Part shown: positions 53,720 to 62,481 of the stretch, one piece after another
Layout: each line of letters starts with the position of its first letter
Position numbering within the stretch: position 1 is the first letter of the stretch
Assembly: GCA_035947355.1 (NCBI GenBank)
Contig: DASZKF010000293.1
Location: 2,697-66,696, forward strand
DNA length: 64,000 nucleotides
Reading direction: 5' to 3'
DNA from: Pyrinomonadaceae bacterium
GTDB lineage: Bacteria > Acidobacteriota > Blastocatellia > Pyrinomonadales > Pyrinomonadaceae
Position numbers and translations under genes: made by a program
The notes under the pieces: generated by a model
The model's database searches: none
The model's input: the letters and a program-made list of their open reading frames with translations, nothing else
Told to the model about the DNA's origin: nothing

Positions 53720-54652
53720 ATGAAGATGGCTAACGACGTAGAGCCTTACAGGGCCAGCAAACCCGGCGACCTGTGGACCGCCGAACTGTGGAACGAGACG
53801 CAGCAGGATATCAGGGCTGACATCGGCAAGCGCATCGACGCCGCCATCAAAGCCATCGAAAGAGTCGGGCAGGCCGGCAACTCCGACAAGCTGGAGAACC
53901 AGACGGCCGACGAGCTGACGGCCAGCATCCTCCAGAAGGTTCGCCAGGAACTGCCGACGCTCACCGGCTACCGCAAGCTCTTCAAGCGGCTGGAGCCGGG
54001 CAAGGAGACCCTCATCGAGCACAAGCTCGGCACCTTCCCGCTCGTCGACCTCTACCGCCTGCGGAAGTTCCGCGCCGTCTGCTCCGAGGACGACCAGCGG
54101 ACGGCCGAGGACGTCTACTTCTACATCTACCACAGCAGCGAGCGGAGGATGCGCTTCACGCCCGAAGGCGGCGGCGCCACCGAGACGATAGACATCGAGA
54201 TGACCGACCCCTCGTTCGAGGCCCCGTTCCGCATCCCGTTCGCCGACCTGCTCTCGCAGTACCGCGTCCAGTACACCGACACCTCGACGCTCGAAGACCT
54301 TGAGACCGAGTTCTGGGACGCCTTCTTCGCCGACCCCAACGACAGGTTCGACGACGCGGACGCCTGCCACTCGCCGTGGGTCGACCGGTGCTGCGGCGAG
54401 CGCCGCACCGTCCGTGACCTGAAGCAGCGGGGCGACTGGGACGAGATTTGGCTCAAGCTGCTCCCGGAGAAGACCGTCAACCTCTTCCGGCAGGCCAACC
54501 TCGTCGAGGCGGGCGGCGGGGCCAAGCCGGCCGACATCACGGTCTACCAGCACAGCTTCAACGTGCTCGGCCTGACCTACACGCCGCAGCCCCGCAACGA
54601 CGTAGTACAACCGTCCGAGGACGAGAGGCTGTTGGTGCTCCTGAAGGTCTAA
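53720..54652 (+). CDS. hypothetical protein, possible fibre-associated/adaptor protein
   Basis: RBS AAAGGAGA. 'LWTAELWNETQQDI' and 'AGNSDKLENQTADELTASI' resemble motifs common in tail-fibre N-termini. Located between the baseplate and the fibre-like gene. Confidence 0.4.
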   Translation: MKMANDVEPYRASKPGDLWTAELWNETQQDIRADIGKRIDAAIKAIERVGQAGNSDKLENQTADELTASILQKVRQELPTLTGYRKLFKRLEPGKETLIEHKLGTFPLVDLYRLRKFRAVCSEDDQRTAEDVYFYIYHSSERRMRFTPEGGGATETIDIEMTDPSFEAPFRIPFADLLSQYRVQYTDTSTLEDLETEFWDAFFADPNDRFDDADACHSPWVDRCCGERRTVRDLKQRGDWDEIWLKLLPEKTVNLFRQANLVEAGGGAKPADITVYQHSFNVLGLTYTPQPRNDVVQPSEDERLLVLLKV

Positions 54653-54689
54653 CGCGTGCGGCTCTGGCCGCAGGCCGTGGGCTTGACGT

Positions 54690-57600
54690 ATGAAACTGAG
54701 TGACCGCTTCGACGGCAGCGGCGCGCCCTTCGAGGGCGACCGCACGGCCCTCCTGCGCGGCCTGCCCGCGGGCGCGCAAATCCGGCGCGCGGCGGCGGTC
54801 GTCTCCCCGTTCGACGCCACGCGCGGGCTCGACCCGTTCGCCGAGACGATCACCTTCGACCGCGCCTCCGGCGGCTGGGGGGCGACGAAGCGGAGGAACG
54901 TGGCGGCGGCGGGCGGGCCGACGACGGACAACTGGGTGGAGGTGGACTTCCACCGCCGCCGGACGCTCGCCGGCCTCCGGGGCACGAACCTCAACCCCTC
55001 GACGCTTCAGGTCGACTTCGGCGGCGCCTACGTCGAGATCAACGCCAGCGGGGGCGTCCTCTCACCCCCGCAAACCAACGCCTTCCGCGTGACGGCCGAC
55101 AGCGCGACGCTGCCCGGCCTGACCGTGACCAAGCTCAAACTGACGGCCCAGCCCACGTCGCCGTCGCCCGCGGGCACTCCCGACCTGTCGGAGGTGACCG
55201 TCCGCAGCGCCCCCTCCAACCTCACGCTCCGGCTCGGGCAGGGGCCGGCCGTCTGGACTCACGCCGGCGAGATGACGCGGGCCGAGGAGACGCCCGACTT
55301 CGCGCTGGCGCTCCAGTCCTTCCTGACCGGGGCGGAGGTCGAGAACGGCTTCTACGTCGTCCCGCTGGTGCTGCACTCCGACACCATCGCGCGGCTGACG
55401 GTCGAGCTGGAGATCGACTACCTTTTGCAGGAGAGCGTCCTGCCCGAGGGGCTGACCGACGTGGTCTTGCCCTTCGACTTCGGCGGCGCGCCCAAGTCCG
55501 GGGCCGAGGCGCTGCTCGTCAAAGTCCCGGCCAACTCCCGCGTCGCGCCGCGCGGGGTCAAGGCGAGGGTGGCCGGGGCCTTCCAGGAGACGCGTATCGT
55601 CTACGCCCCGACCGAAGGGCTCGCGCCGGGCGGGGCCGCCGACGTGTCGCCCGCCACGTCGCAGGCCCAACCCGTCACGCCGCCGGCCGACCTGAAGGCG
55701 ACGGCGCTCGACCTCCTGCTCAACGTCGAGCGCCCCGCGCGTCTGCAACTCGACGTGCGCGACGACCTCGACGGCAAGCCCGGCAGCGCCTCGCTGCTGC
55801 CCGCGCCCGTCGCCTTCGACGTGCCCGGCCCCGTCGGGCAGCGCCCGTCGCCGCAGGAGGCGCAGCGGTTCAACTGGGTCAGCGTCCCGCTGCCGGCCGA
55901 GCTGCAATTCCGCGGAGGCAAGACCCACTGGCTCATCTTGCAGAGCGTTGACGGCGCGGCGAAGTGGCGCGCCGCCCCGGCGGCCGCGGCGGCGCTCGGG
56001 TTGCAGAACACGCGGGACGGCGGGCTCTCCTGGAGGGCGACGGCCGTGGCCGGCGTGCCCGGCGCGGCGGCCTCCTTCTACCGCCTGCGCCGCAAGCCGG
56101 AGCAGTTCGAGATGCCCGTCGCGCTGCGGGTGGGGGCGGGCGAGCGGGCCGTCGTCGTCAGCCTGGACCGCTTCAAGCCTTCGGGCCGGGTCGACTTCAC
56201 ACTCGACATTGACGAAGTATCGCAGGCGTTCAACCAGTACCTCGACGGGAGCGGGGCCGACGCCTGCGTCGGGAGCAAGCACCTGGCGAACGGCGACTTC
56301 GAGAGGTGGCAGGCCGTCGGCGACCGGTTCGGGACGCCGGCCGCCATCGGCGCCGCGGAGGAATTGGACGCGCAGGTCATCGCCTTCACGCCGGACGGAC
56401 GGACGGCCTACGTCGGCGGCGACGACGTGATCGCGTTCGCGGACGCGCAGTGCGACGAGCTGCTGCCCGAGCGGCTGGAGGTCAGCGGCACGCCGCGCTC
56501 CATCGTCTTCCACCCGGACGGCACGCGCGCCTACGTCGTCGCGGGCCAGAGGGTGTTGGTGCTCGACACCGCCACGCGGAAGGCGCTGAGCGGGTTCGCC
56601 AGCCGCGACGAGACGGTCGTCGCGCTGGGCGTGAGCCCCGACGGCCGCACGCTCTTCGTCGCGGAGGAGCAGGCCGCCTGGGCCATCTCGACGGTCGCGC
56701 TGGAGGGGGAGGTGCTGACCGGCAAGGCGACGGTGCAGCAGAGGACGCAGGCCGCGCTCCAGTTGGGGTCGAATCAATTCATCACCGACATGGCGCCCGC
56801 GCCCGACGGGCGGCGGCTCTACCTGCTGGTGAGGAACTCCGGTGACGGCCCGGAGTCGGAGGGCGAGGTTCAGGTGTACGAGGCCGCCACGCTGCGGGCC
56901 GCGGCCGCGCCCATCACGGTCGGCCGCTTCCCGACCGACATCGCGCTCTCGCCGGATGGCAGGAGGGCCGTGGTCGTCAACGACAGCGACATCAGCGTCA
57001 CCATCGTCAACCTCGAACGCGGCGCCGTCGTGTCCACCATCGCGCTCGACGACACGCCCGACCGCGCGGCGTTTCTGCCCGACGGGCGGCGGGCCCTGGT
57101 CACCAAGCAGGAGAGCCTGACGGTAGATGTCGTAGACCTCGAACGCCGCGCGCTGGCCCAGCCCATCACGCTGCCGGACGGGCCGCCCGACTCGCTCGCC
57201 GTCAGCACGCAGGGCGACCGCGTCTACTTCGGGGTGGGGGGGATTCGGCCCTTGATCTCCGTCCCGCTGGGCGTGCGGCTGCCGGTCGAGTGGAACCTGA
57301 CGGCGGGGCGCGTGAGGCCGGTCTGCCTGCCCGCGCCCGCGCACCTCGCGGCGCTGCTCGGCAGCCTCGGGCAAGAGACTCCGGCGGCGGCGAGCATCTC
57401 CCAGGTCGTGCCGGTCGCGGCATCGTGCGTCTACGAGTTCAGCTTCTGGGGCCTCGCCACAGAGCCGGACGCGACGGCCGAGGTCTTCTGGCTGGCCGGC
57501 GGCTGCGGCCTCTCGCGCACCGACCGCGTCCCCATCGAAGCGTCGCCGCAGGCGCCCGCGCCGCCGCCCACGACGCCCGTCCCGCTCACCACCCTGGCGC

Positions 57601-59084
57601 TCGCCTTCGCCGCGCCGCAAAGACCGGAGCTGGTGCTGCACCGCGTGACGCTCACGTCGCCGCCCGGGGCCGAGCAGGCGGAGGTGCGCTTCAGCGCGCC
57701 CGAGGGCGTGGCGGCCGTCGTCGACCGCGCCTCGCTGACGGCCACGAACGAAGCCGTCGCCAACTCCGACTTCAAACTCGTCGAGCAGGGGCAGCTCTCC
57801 GGCTGGGCGCTCAGGCCCGCGGGCGCCGTCGGCGCCTCCATGCTCGCGGCCGAGGGCGCGCTCCGGCTGCGCAACGCGGGCGCCGACGAGGTCGCTCTGA
57901 CGCAGGAGTTCGAGGTCGAGGGCGGCCAGCCTTTCGAGCTTGAGTTTCAAGGGGGCGCGCAGCCGCCAGCGAACGCGCGCGCCACTTCCCGCGTAGAGGT
58001 GCGCTGGCTCGCGGCCGACGGGTCGCAGGCGGGCGAGCCCGCGGTCCTGAAGATCGGCGCTTCGGGCTTCGGCTCCTCGCTGGCGAAGGGCGTGAGCCCT
58101 GACGCGGCGACGCGCGGCGAGGTCAGCCTCTTCGTGCCGCCCGGGGCGTCGCTGGAAGCCAAACGCGTCTCGCTCAGATTCCCCAAGCCGTCGCTCGTCC
58201 CGCTCACCTTCGTGTCGGAGGCGCCGGGAGAGCTGACGGTGACGGGCTTGCAGGTGGCCTTCGAGCAGGCCGAGCCGAAGCCGCCGCCGATCCCGCCGAG
58301 GGGGCTGTGCGCGTCTACGCCGGCCGGCATGTCGCCGGGCGACGAGTGCGCGGAAGAGGAGGGCTTCTGCCCCTGCTGCGGGTGCGCCTCGGAGATGAGG
58401 GAAGTGCGGCCGGCCGTGACGCCTGCCGGCCGGCCGGCGCGGGTCGTACGTTGCGCCGAATGCGGGACCGAGTTGGTGCGCGTCGGCGGGCCGCTCGTCG
58501 CCGGGGCGAAACCGGTCGTGTCCACGCGCCTTGAGGTGCGGCGACCCGTCATCGAATCACGCCAGCGCGTCGAGACGCACCACCATCACGAGGTGGCAGG
58601 CACGCCGCCCCACGGCCCCGCGGATAAGCACTCAGAGGCCGCACCCGCGGAAGGGCTGACGGAAGAATTGACGGACGCCGCGCCCGCAGGAGAAGTCACT
58701 GAGACTCCCCCCGCGGAAGAGGTCACGGAAACTGCCCCCGCGGAAGGGACGACGGAAGCCGCGCCGGCGGCAGAGGCGGCGGAAACTTCACCGGCTGAAG
58801 AAGCAACCGGAGTTGCTCGCGCGGAAGAGGGGACTGAGGCCGCGCCGGCAGGGGAACGGACGGAAGCCGCGCCGAAGGCCGCCGAGCCTTCGCTGACCGA
58901 CATCTCTGGCATCGGCAAAGTGCGGGCGCGGCAGTTAAAGGAAATGGGCATCGGCTCCGTGGCGGAACTCGCCGCCGCGAACCCGGAGGACTTAACCCGG
59001 CTGCCGCTCGTGTCGTTGAAGTTGGCCGAACAATTCGTCGAGAAGGCGAAGGAGCTGACGAAGGGGGAGAGCGGCGACTCCTAA
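54690..59084 (+). CDS. 1464-aa fibre-slot protein with YVTN-type beta-propeller, jelly-roll-like domains, zinc ribbon, acidic repeats and C-terminal helix-hairpin-helix
   Basis: Propeller blades at about nt 56390-57240 ('SIVFHPDGTRAYVV', 'LGVSPDGRTLFVA', 'MAPAPDGRRLYLL', 'IALSPDGRRAVVVN', 'AAFLPDGRRALVT', 'LAVSTQGDRVYF'). 'NGDFERW' and 'NSDFKLVEQGQLSGW' are CBM-like starts. 'CPCCGC...CAECG' is a zinc ribbon. 'LTDISGIGKVRARQLKEMGIGSVAELAAANPEDL' is an HhH motif. Confidence 0.6.
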   Translation: MKLSDRFDGSGAPFEGDRTALLRGLPAGAQIRRAAAVVSPFDATRGLDPFAETITFDRASGGWGATKRRNVAAAGGPTTDNWVEVDFHRRRTLAGLRGTNLNPSTLQVDFGGAYVEINASGGVLSPPQTNAFRVTADSATLPGLTVTKLKLTAQPTSPSPAGTPDLSEVTVRSAPSNLTLRLGQGPAVWTHAGEMTRAEETPDFALALQSFLTGAEVENGFYVVPLVLHSDTIARLTVELEIDYLLQESVLPEGLTDVVLPFDFGGAPKSGAEALLVKVPANSRVAPRGVKARVAGAFQETRIVYAPTEGLAPGGAADVSPATSQAQPVTPPADLKATALDLLLNVERPARLQLDVRDDLDGKPGSASLLPAPVAFDVPGPVGQRPSPQEAQRFNWVSVPLPAELQFRGGKTHWLILQSVDGAAKWRAAPAAAAALGLQNTRDGGLSWRATAVAGVPGAAASFYRLRRKPEQFEMPVALRVGAGERAVVVSLDRFKPSGRVDFTLDIDEVSQAFNQYLDGSGADACVGSKHLANGDFERWQAVGDRFGTPAAIGAAEELDAQVIAFTPDGRTAYVGGDDVIAFADAQCDELLPERLEVSGTPRSIVFHPDGTRAYVVAGQRVLVLDTATRKALSGFASRDETVVALGVSPDGRTLFVAEEQAAWAISTVALEGEVLTGKATVQQRTQAALQLGSNQFITDMAPAPDGRRLYLLVRNSGDGPESEGEVQVYEAATLRAAAAPITVGRFPTDIALSPDGRRAVVVNDSDISVTIVNLERGAVVSTIALDDTPDRAAFLPDGRRALVTKQESLTVDVVDLERRALAQPITLPDGPPDSLAVSTQGDRVYFGVGGIRPLISVPLGVRLPVEWNLTAGRVRPVCLPAPAHLAALLGSLGQETPAAASISQVVPVAASCVYEFSFWGLATEPDATAEVFWLAGGCGLSRTDRVPIEASPQAPAPPPTTPVPLTTLALAFAAPQRPELVLHRVTLTSPPGAEQAEVRFSAPEGVAAVVDRASLTATNEAVANSDFKLVEQGQLSGWALRPAGAVGASMLAAEGALRLRNAGADEVALTQEFEVEGGQPFELEFQGGAQPPANARATSRVEVRWLAADGSQAGEPAVLKIGASGFGSSLAKGVSPDAATRGEVSLFVPPGASLEAKRVSLRFPKPSLVPLTFVSEAPGELTVTGLQVAFEQAEPKPPPIPPRGLCASTPAGMSPGDECAEEEGFCPCCGCASEMREVRPAVTPAGRPARVVRCAECGTELVRVGGPLVAGAKPVVSTRLEVRRPVIESRQRVETHHHHEVAGTPPHGPADKHSEAAPAEGLTEELTDAAPAGEVTETPPAEEVTETAPAEGTTEAAPAAEAAETSPAEEATGVARAEEGTEAAPAGERTEAAPKAAEPSLTDISGIGKVRARQLKEMGIGSVAELAAANPEDLTRLPLVSLKLAEQFVEKAKELTKGESGDS
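58630..58880 (+). repeat. imperfect tandem Glu/Thr/Ala/Pro-rich coding repeats
   Basis: Repeated '(A/P)PA(E/G)E(V/G)TE(T/A)' units: AAPAEGLTEE, AAPAGEVTET, PPAEEVTET, APAEGTTEA, SPAEEATG, AAPAGERTEA. Confidence 0.6.
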
Positions 59085-59090
59085 ATACCC

Positions 59091-59441
59091 TTGAGCGACC
59101 GCTCGCACCTTACACTTAACGCCCGCCTGATACCCATTCCAAGTGAGTGTCGCCCCGGACGTAACGCGTCCGGTAAGAGGCGTGCTCGGAGGTGGGCTGA
59201 CGTCGACGAGTCCGACCGACTCGTCTTCGTCATGAAGGCCAAGAACGGCAGGTCACGCACGAGCCCCTTAACCGAGCGGGCGCTCGGCATACTCCGCCGC
59301 CTGCGGCAGGACGCGCCCGAAGACGAGTTGATCTTTGATCCCGTCCCGCAGAGGCTGAGGGACGCCGCGGACAGTCGGGAGGAGGGGAAGCGCCCGATTT
59401 CGGCTACGCCGACTCTACGCCAAGTGGCGAAAAGGGCCTGA
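59091..59441 (+). pseudogene. truncated tyrosine-recombinase (phage integrase) remnant
   Basis: 'RRWADVDESDRLVFVMKAKNGRSRTSPLTERALGILRRL....DELIF' matches the start of the integrase catalytic domain (W.DvD....i.i...K.gk.R..Pl). The N-terminal SAM-like domain and the C-terminal His/Tyr catalytic region are both absent. Confidence 0.5.
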
Positions 59442-59501
59442 GCCGGGAGGCGAAAGCCGCCCCGTTCAGACCCTTCTCAGTGGCCGAGCGTGAAAGAGAA
59501 A

Positions 59502-59591
<90 letters not shown>

Positions 59592-59750
59592 GCGAGACTC
59601 GTATAGTAGCAAACCCTAACATTTTCTGGCAAATCTAGCAGGTTGCAGCCGCTCGGACAACGCAAAGAGTTACATGATTTTTCATGCCCTGTCAGAAATT
59701 CTGGTCACATTTTGGTCACAATCCGCGCCCACCCGAATCAACCCTCATAC

Positions 59751-59779
59751 TTGCCTTCATGTCAAATTCGACATATAGT
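59751..59779 (+). promoter_or_regulatory. candidate sigma-70 promoter with embedded palindrome upstream of the TA pair
   Basis: TTGCCT (59751-59756), N17, TATAGT (59774-59779). ATGTC-AAATTC-GACAT (59759-59774) overlaps the spacer and the first base of the -10 box. The -10 ends 7 nt before the ATG at 59787, so the transcript may be leaderless. Confidence 0.45.
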
Positions 59780-59786
59780 TTAGATC

Positions 59787-60119
59787 ATGAACGGCGCCGA
59801 TAAGCCACTCGTTTGGCTGCGTGGTGAAATTAAGACTCCTCCGTTCACGTCAGAGGCGCGGCTGGAAGCGGGCCTGCTGTTACGGCGCTTGCAACGAGGC
59901 GAAAATCTCGGGCTGCCGCAATCGAGGCCGATGCCCGGCATCGGCGCGCATTGCCATGAGTTGCGGGTGCGCGACAGAAACAAGAATTGGCGCATTATTT
60001 ACCGGATTGATGAGGACGCAATTGTCATTGTCGAGGTCTTCAATAAGACCACTCGAACCACGCCCCAAGAGGTAATCGCAAACTGCCAAAGGCGTTTGCG
60101 AATGTACGACGAGAGCTAG
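59787..60119 (+). CDS. higB: type II toxin, RelE/HigB superfamily (Gp49-like)
   Basis: 110 aa. 'GIGAHCHELRVRDRNKNWRIIYRIDEDAIVIVEVFNKTTRTTPQ' is the Gp49/HigB-type pattern. Toxin-first order with an XRE partner. Confidence 0.7.
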   Translation: MNGADKPLVWLRGEIKTPPFTSEARLEAGLLLRRLQRGENLGLPQSRPMPGIGAHCHELRVRDRNKNWRIIYRIDEDAIVIVEVFNKTTRTTPQEVIANCQRRLRMYDES

Positions 60120-60133
60120 TGAGGAGTACGAGA

Positions 60134-60451
60134 ATGAGGAAGGCAAAGCGCGCGCGGTTAGAGGCGAAAGGATGGAAGGTCGGCACGGTAGCTGAATTCT
60201 TGGAGCTGACGCCGGAAGAATCCGCTCTCATCGAGATTAAGCTGGCGCTCTCGCGCCGCCTGCGCGAGCGCCGGCAGAAGCGGATGACGCAGGCCCAGCT
60301 TGCGGAAAAGATTCAATCGAGTCAATCACGCATCGCCAAAGCTGAAACGGGGCATAGTTCGGTCTCGTTGGAATTGCTCGTGCGCGCCATGCTCGCTACC
60401 GGCGCAAGCCCAAAAGAGATCGGCAAAGCGATTGCGGGCGATCAGAAATAG
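60134..60451 (+). CDS. higA: XRE-family HTH antitoxin (HigA-like)
   Basis: ATG at 60134 after GAGGAG. 'MTQAQLAEKIQSSQSRIAKAETGHSSVSLELLVRAM' is the Cro/C1 HTH. Confidence 0.75.
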   Translation: MRKAKRARLEAKGWKVGTVAEFLELTPEESALIEIKLALSRRLRERRQKRMTQAQLAEKIQSSQSRIAKAETGHSSVSLELLVRAMLATGASPKEIGKAIAGDQK

Positions 60452-61038
60452 CAGAGTTCTGACTCTGAAACGTCAAGACCGAAGCTAGCAAGAACCGTGC
60501 GCAGGCAAGCGGGCACACAGGAGTGTGGCGTCTCCTGCTTATGGGAGGGAGGTTTCGATCTCGACACGGTGCTCTTCGTAAAGGGAATGGGCGCGGGCGT
60601 TCATCTCTTCAAACGAGGTCACTGAGGTGACCTCTTCCGACGTGGTACTGATCAACGCCTCCCCCACTTCGTCGATGGAACCGACTCTACAATGTCTTCT
60701 AAAGCAATATACCCATCTTACCGACTCATAAACGCATACCAGCCCTCACGACTCTGTTTCCTACTTTTGCAGCTTCGGACCCGGTGAAATTTGGATATAG
60801 TTGCGCTGCTTCCGTCGCAAGGTGCCGTAAGTCTAATCAATCGAAACATCTAGCCCGAAAATTCTATTGCACCAGTTGTTGCAGCGGCGTAATCTCGCCC
60901 CGTTCGCGCCACTGCGCCGGGCCTCCTTGCACTTCACGGCTTCCGGCGAGGTCATAAGCTCGCACAGGCATACGGATACTAAGCTGCCGATAGTTCATAC
61001 ACGCGGCAGCTAAAGACACGCAGGACTGCGCGGGCTGC

Positions 61039-61284
61039 TTAGAACAGCGACAGCACGCTCTGGAGCAGGTTCAGCACGGCATCCGTGACTGAATCGGCGG
61101 CGGTAGCCTCACTGCTATCCGCCTCTTCTTGCCCTACAACGGTCGTATGAATCTCACCGTTCGCCGTGATCCCCTGAGGGTGCTGCGGCGACGTGATGCC
61201 AGTGTGTATCTCGCCCGCGAGGGTGGAGACAGTCAGCGCAAGCGTTAACACCGACGCAACGCAAAGTTGGCGTAGGGTTTTCAT
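61039..61284 (-). CDS. small secreted peptide with duplicated GEIHT motif
   Basis: ATG at 61284 after CCAGGAGAA. Signal peptide MKTLRQLCVASVLTLALTVSTLA. The mature part contains 'GEIHTGITSPQHPQGITANGEIHTTV' and an acidic tail ending LLQSVLSLF. Confidence 0.5.
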   Translation of the reverse strand: MKTLRQLCVASVLTLALTVSTLAGEIHTGITSPQHPQGITANGEIHTTVVGQEEADSSEATAADSVTDAVLNLLQSVLSLF

Positions 61285-61455
61285 GTTGTTCTCCTGGAAA
61301 GGGTCTGACCTGCTGTGAGAGTGGGCGGCGAGAGTGAAGTCTTGGCCTGCCCGCCCGTGACCAGTTGCGACGGCGCATCTTAGCACCCCGCCACGTTGGG
61401 ATGCGCCTTCCCACGCCGGAACTCACCCTTCCGGCGCGTAGAGGGGTGGCCTCAC

Positions 61456-62481
61456 ATGAGCATTTCTAGCGAACTGCTTCACCGGATAGCTGATCCGTCA
61501 CTCGATCATAACGAGCGGGCCCGGCTTCGATGCCAACTGGCTAAGGAGCTGGAGGACGTAGGGAATTATGAGGCCGCGCGCGAAGTAATGGGAGAGTTGT
61601 GGTCGCGCGTCGGCGAGCGCCCCGTCTTAGAAGGGCTCGACGAGGCGACGGCAGCGGAGGTGCTGTTTAGGGCCGGGGTGCTCACGGGCTGGATCGGCAG
61701 CGTGAGGCAGATCGAGGGGGCGCAGGAAACGGCTAAGGACTTGATTAGCGAGAGTATCACAAGGTTCGAGGCATTACGGGCCACAAGTAAGATAGCAGAG
61801 GCGCAAACCGAACTCGGCTATTGCTACTGGCGACAGGGCGCATTAGATGAGGCTCGTACTGTGTTGCAAACGGCACTAGACCGGCTACGTACCGATGGAG
61901 ACAGCGAAGTTAAGGCAATAGCTTTCCTCCGGCTCGCCATCGTCGAGAGTTCGGCAAAGAGACTCCACGATGCCCTGAGTATAGACACCGAGGCAGCACC
62001 CTTATTCGAGAAAAGCTCTAACCACACCCTCAAGGGGAAATTTCATAACGAATTCGGGTTCGTGCTCAGAAATCTCGGCGCGGCAGAACACCGCCCTGAT
62101 TACATAGACCGCGCGCTCATCGAATATGCCGCCGCCAGCTACCACTTCGAGCAGGCGGGGCACACGCGCTACCAAGCCTGCGTCGAAAACAATCTCGGAT
62201 ACTTGTTCTTCACCATCAAGAGGTTCGCCGAGGCCCACCGGCACCTCGACCGAGCCCAAGCGCTCTTCACCAGCATGAAGGACAGCGTTCACACCGCTCA
62301 GGTGGACGACACCCGCGCTAGGGTCTTACTCGCAGAGGGTCGCATCGCCGAGGCCGAAAGACTCGTCAGGTCGGCTGTGCAAATTCTCGAACGTGGCGGC
62401 GAACAATCGCTTTTAGCCGAAGCCTTGACCACCACGGAATCGCCCTCGCGCGGATGGGCAGCCACAGGGTGGCGCGCCTAA
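61456..62481 (+). CDS. TPR-like helical-repeat protein (probably the N-terminal part of a frameshifted regulator)
   Basis: ATG at 61456. Repeated 'A...L..A......G....(A/K)' helical hairpins (for example 'LGYCYWRQGALDEARTVLQTAL', 'NLGYLFFTIKRFAEAHRHLDRAQALF'). The 3' end overlaps the next ORF by 28 nt in another frame. Confidence 0.5.
   Translation: MSISSELLHRIADPSLDHNERARLRCQLAKELEDVGNYEAAREVMGELWSRVGERPVLEGLDEATAAEVLFRAGVLTGWIGSVRQIEGAQETAKDLISESITRFEALRATSKIAEAQTELGYCYWRQGALDEARTVLQTALDRLRTDGDSEVKAIAFLRLAIVESSAKRLHDALSIDTEAAPLFEKSSNHTLKGKFHNEFGFVLRNLGAAEHRPDYIDRALIEYAAASYHFEQAGHTRYQACVENNLGYLFFTIKRFAEAHRHLDRAQALFTSMKDSVHTAQVDDTRARVLLAEGRIAEAERLVRSAVQILERGGEQSLLAEALTTTESPSRGWAATGWRA

Noticed and set aside
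28801-59084. Interpreting the tail-like locus as a canonical T6SS or as a complete Mu-like prophage.
   Set aside because: - Against a T6SS: the sheath is a single 569-aa protein rather than a TssB/TssC pair, and I saw no TssM/J/L-like membrane-complex or ClpV-like genes.
- Against a prophage: there are no portal, capsid, terminase, transposase or lysis genes in the window.
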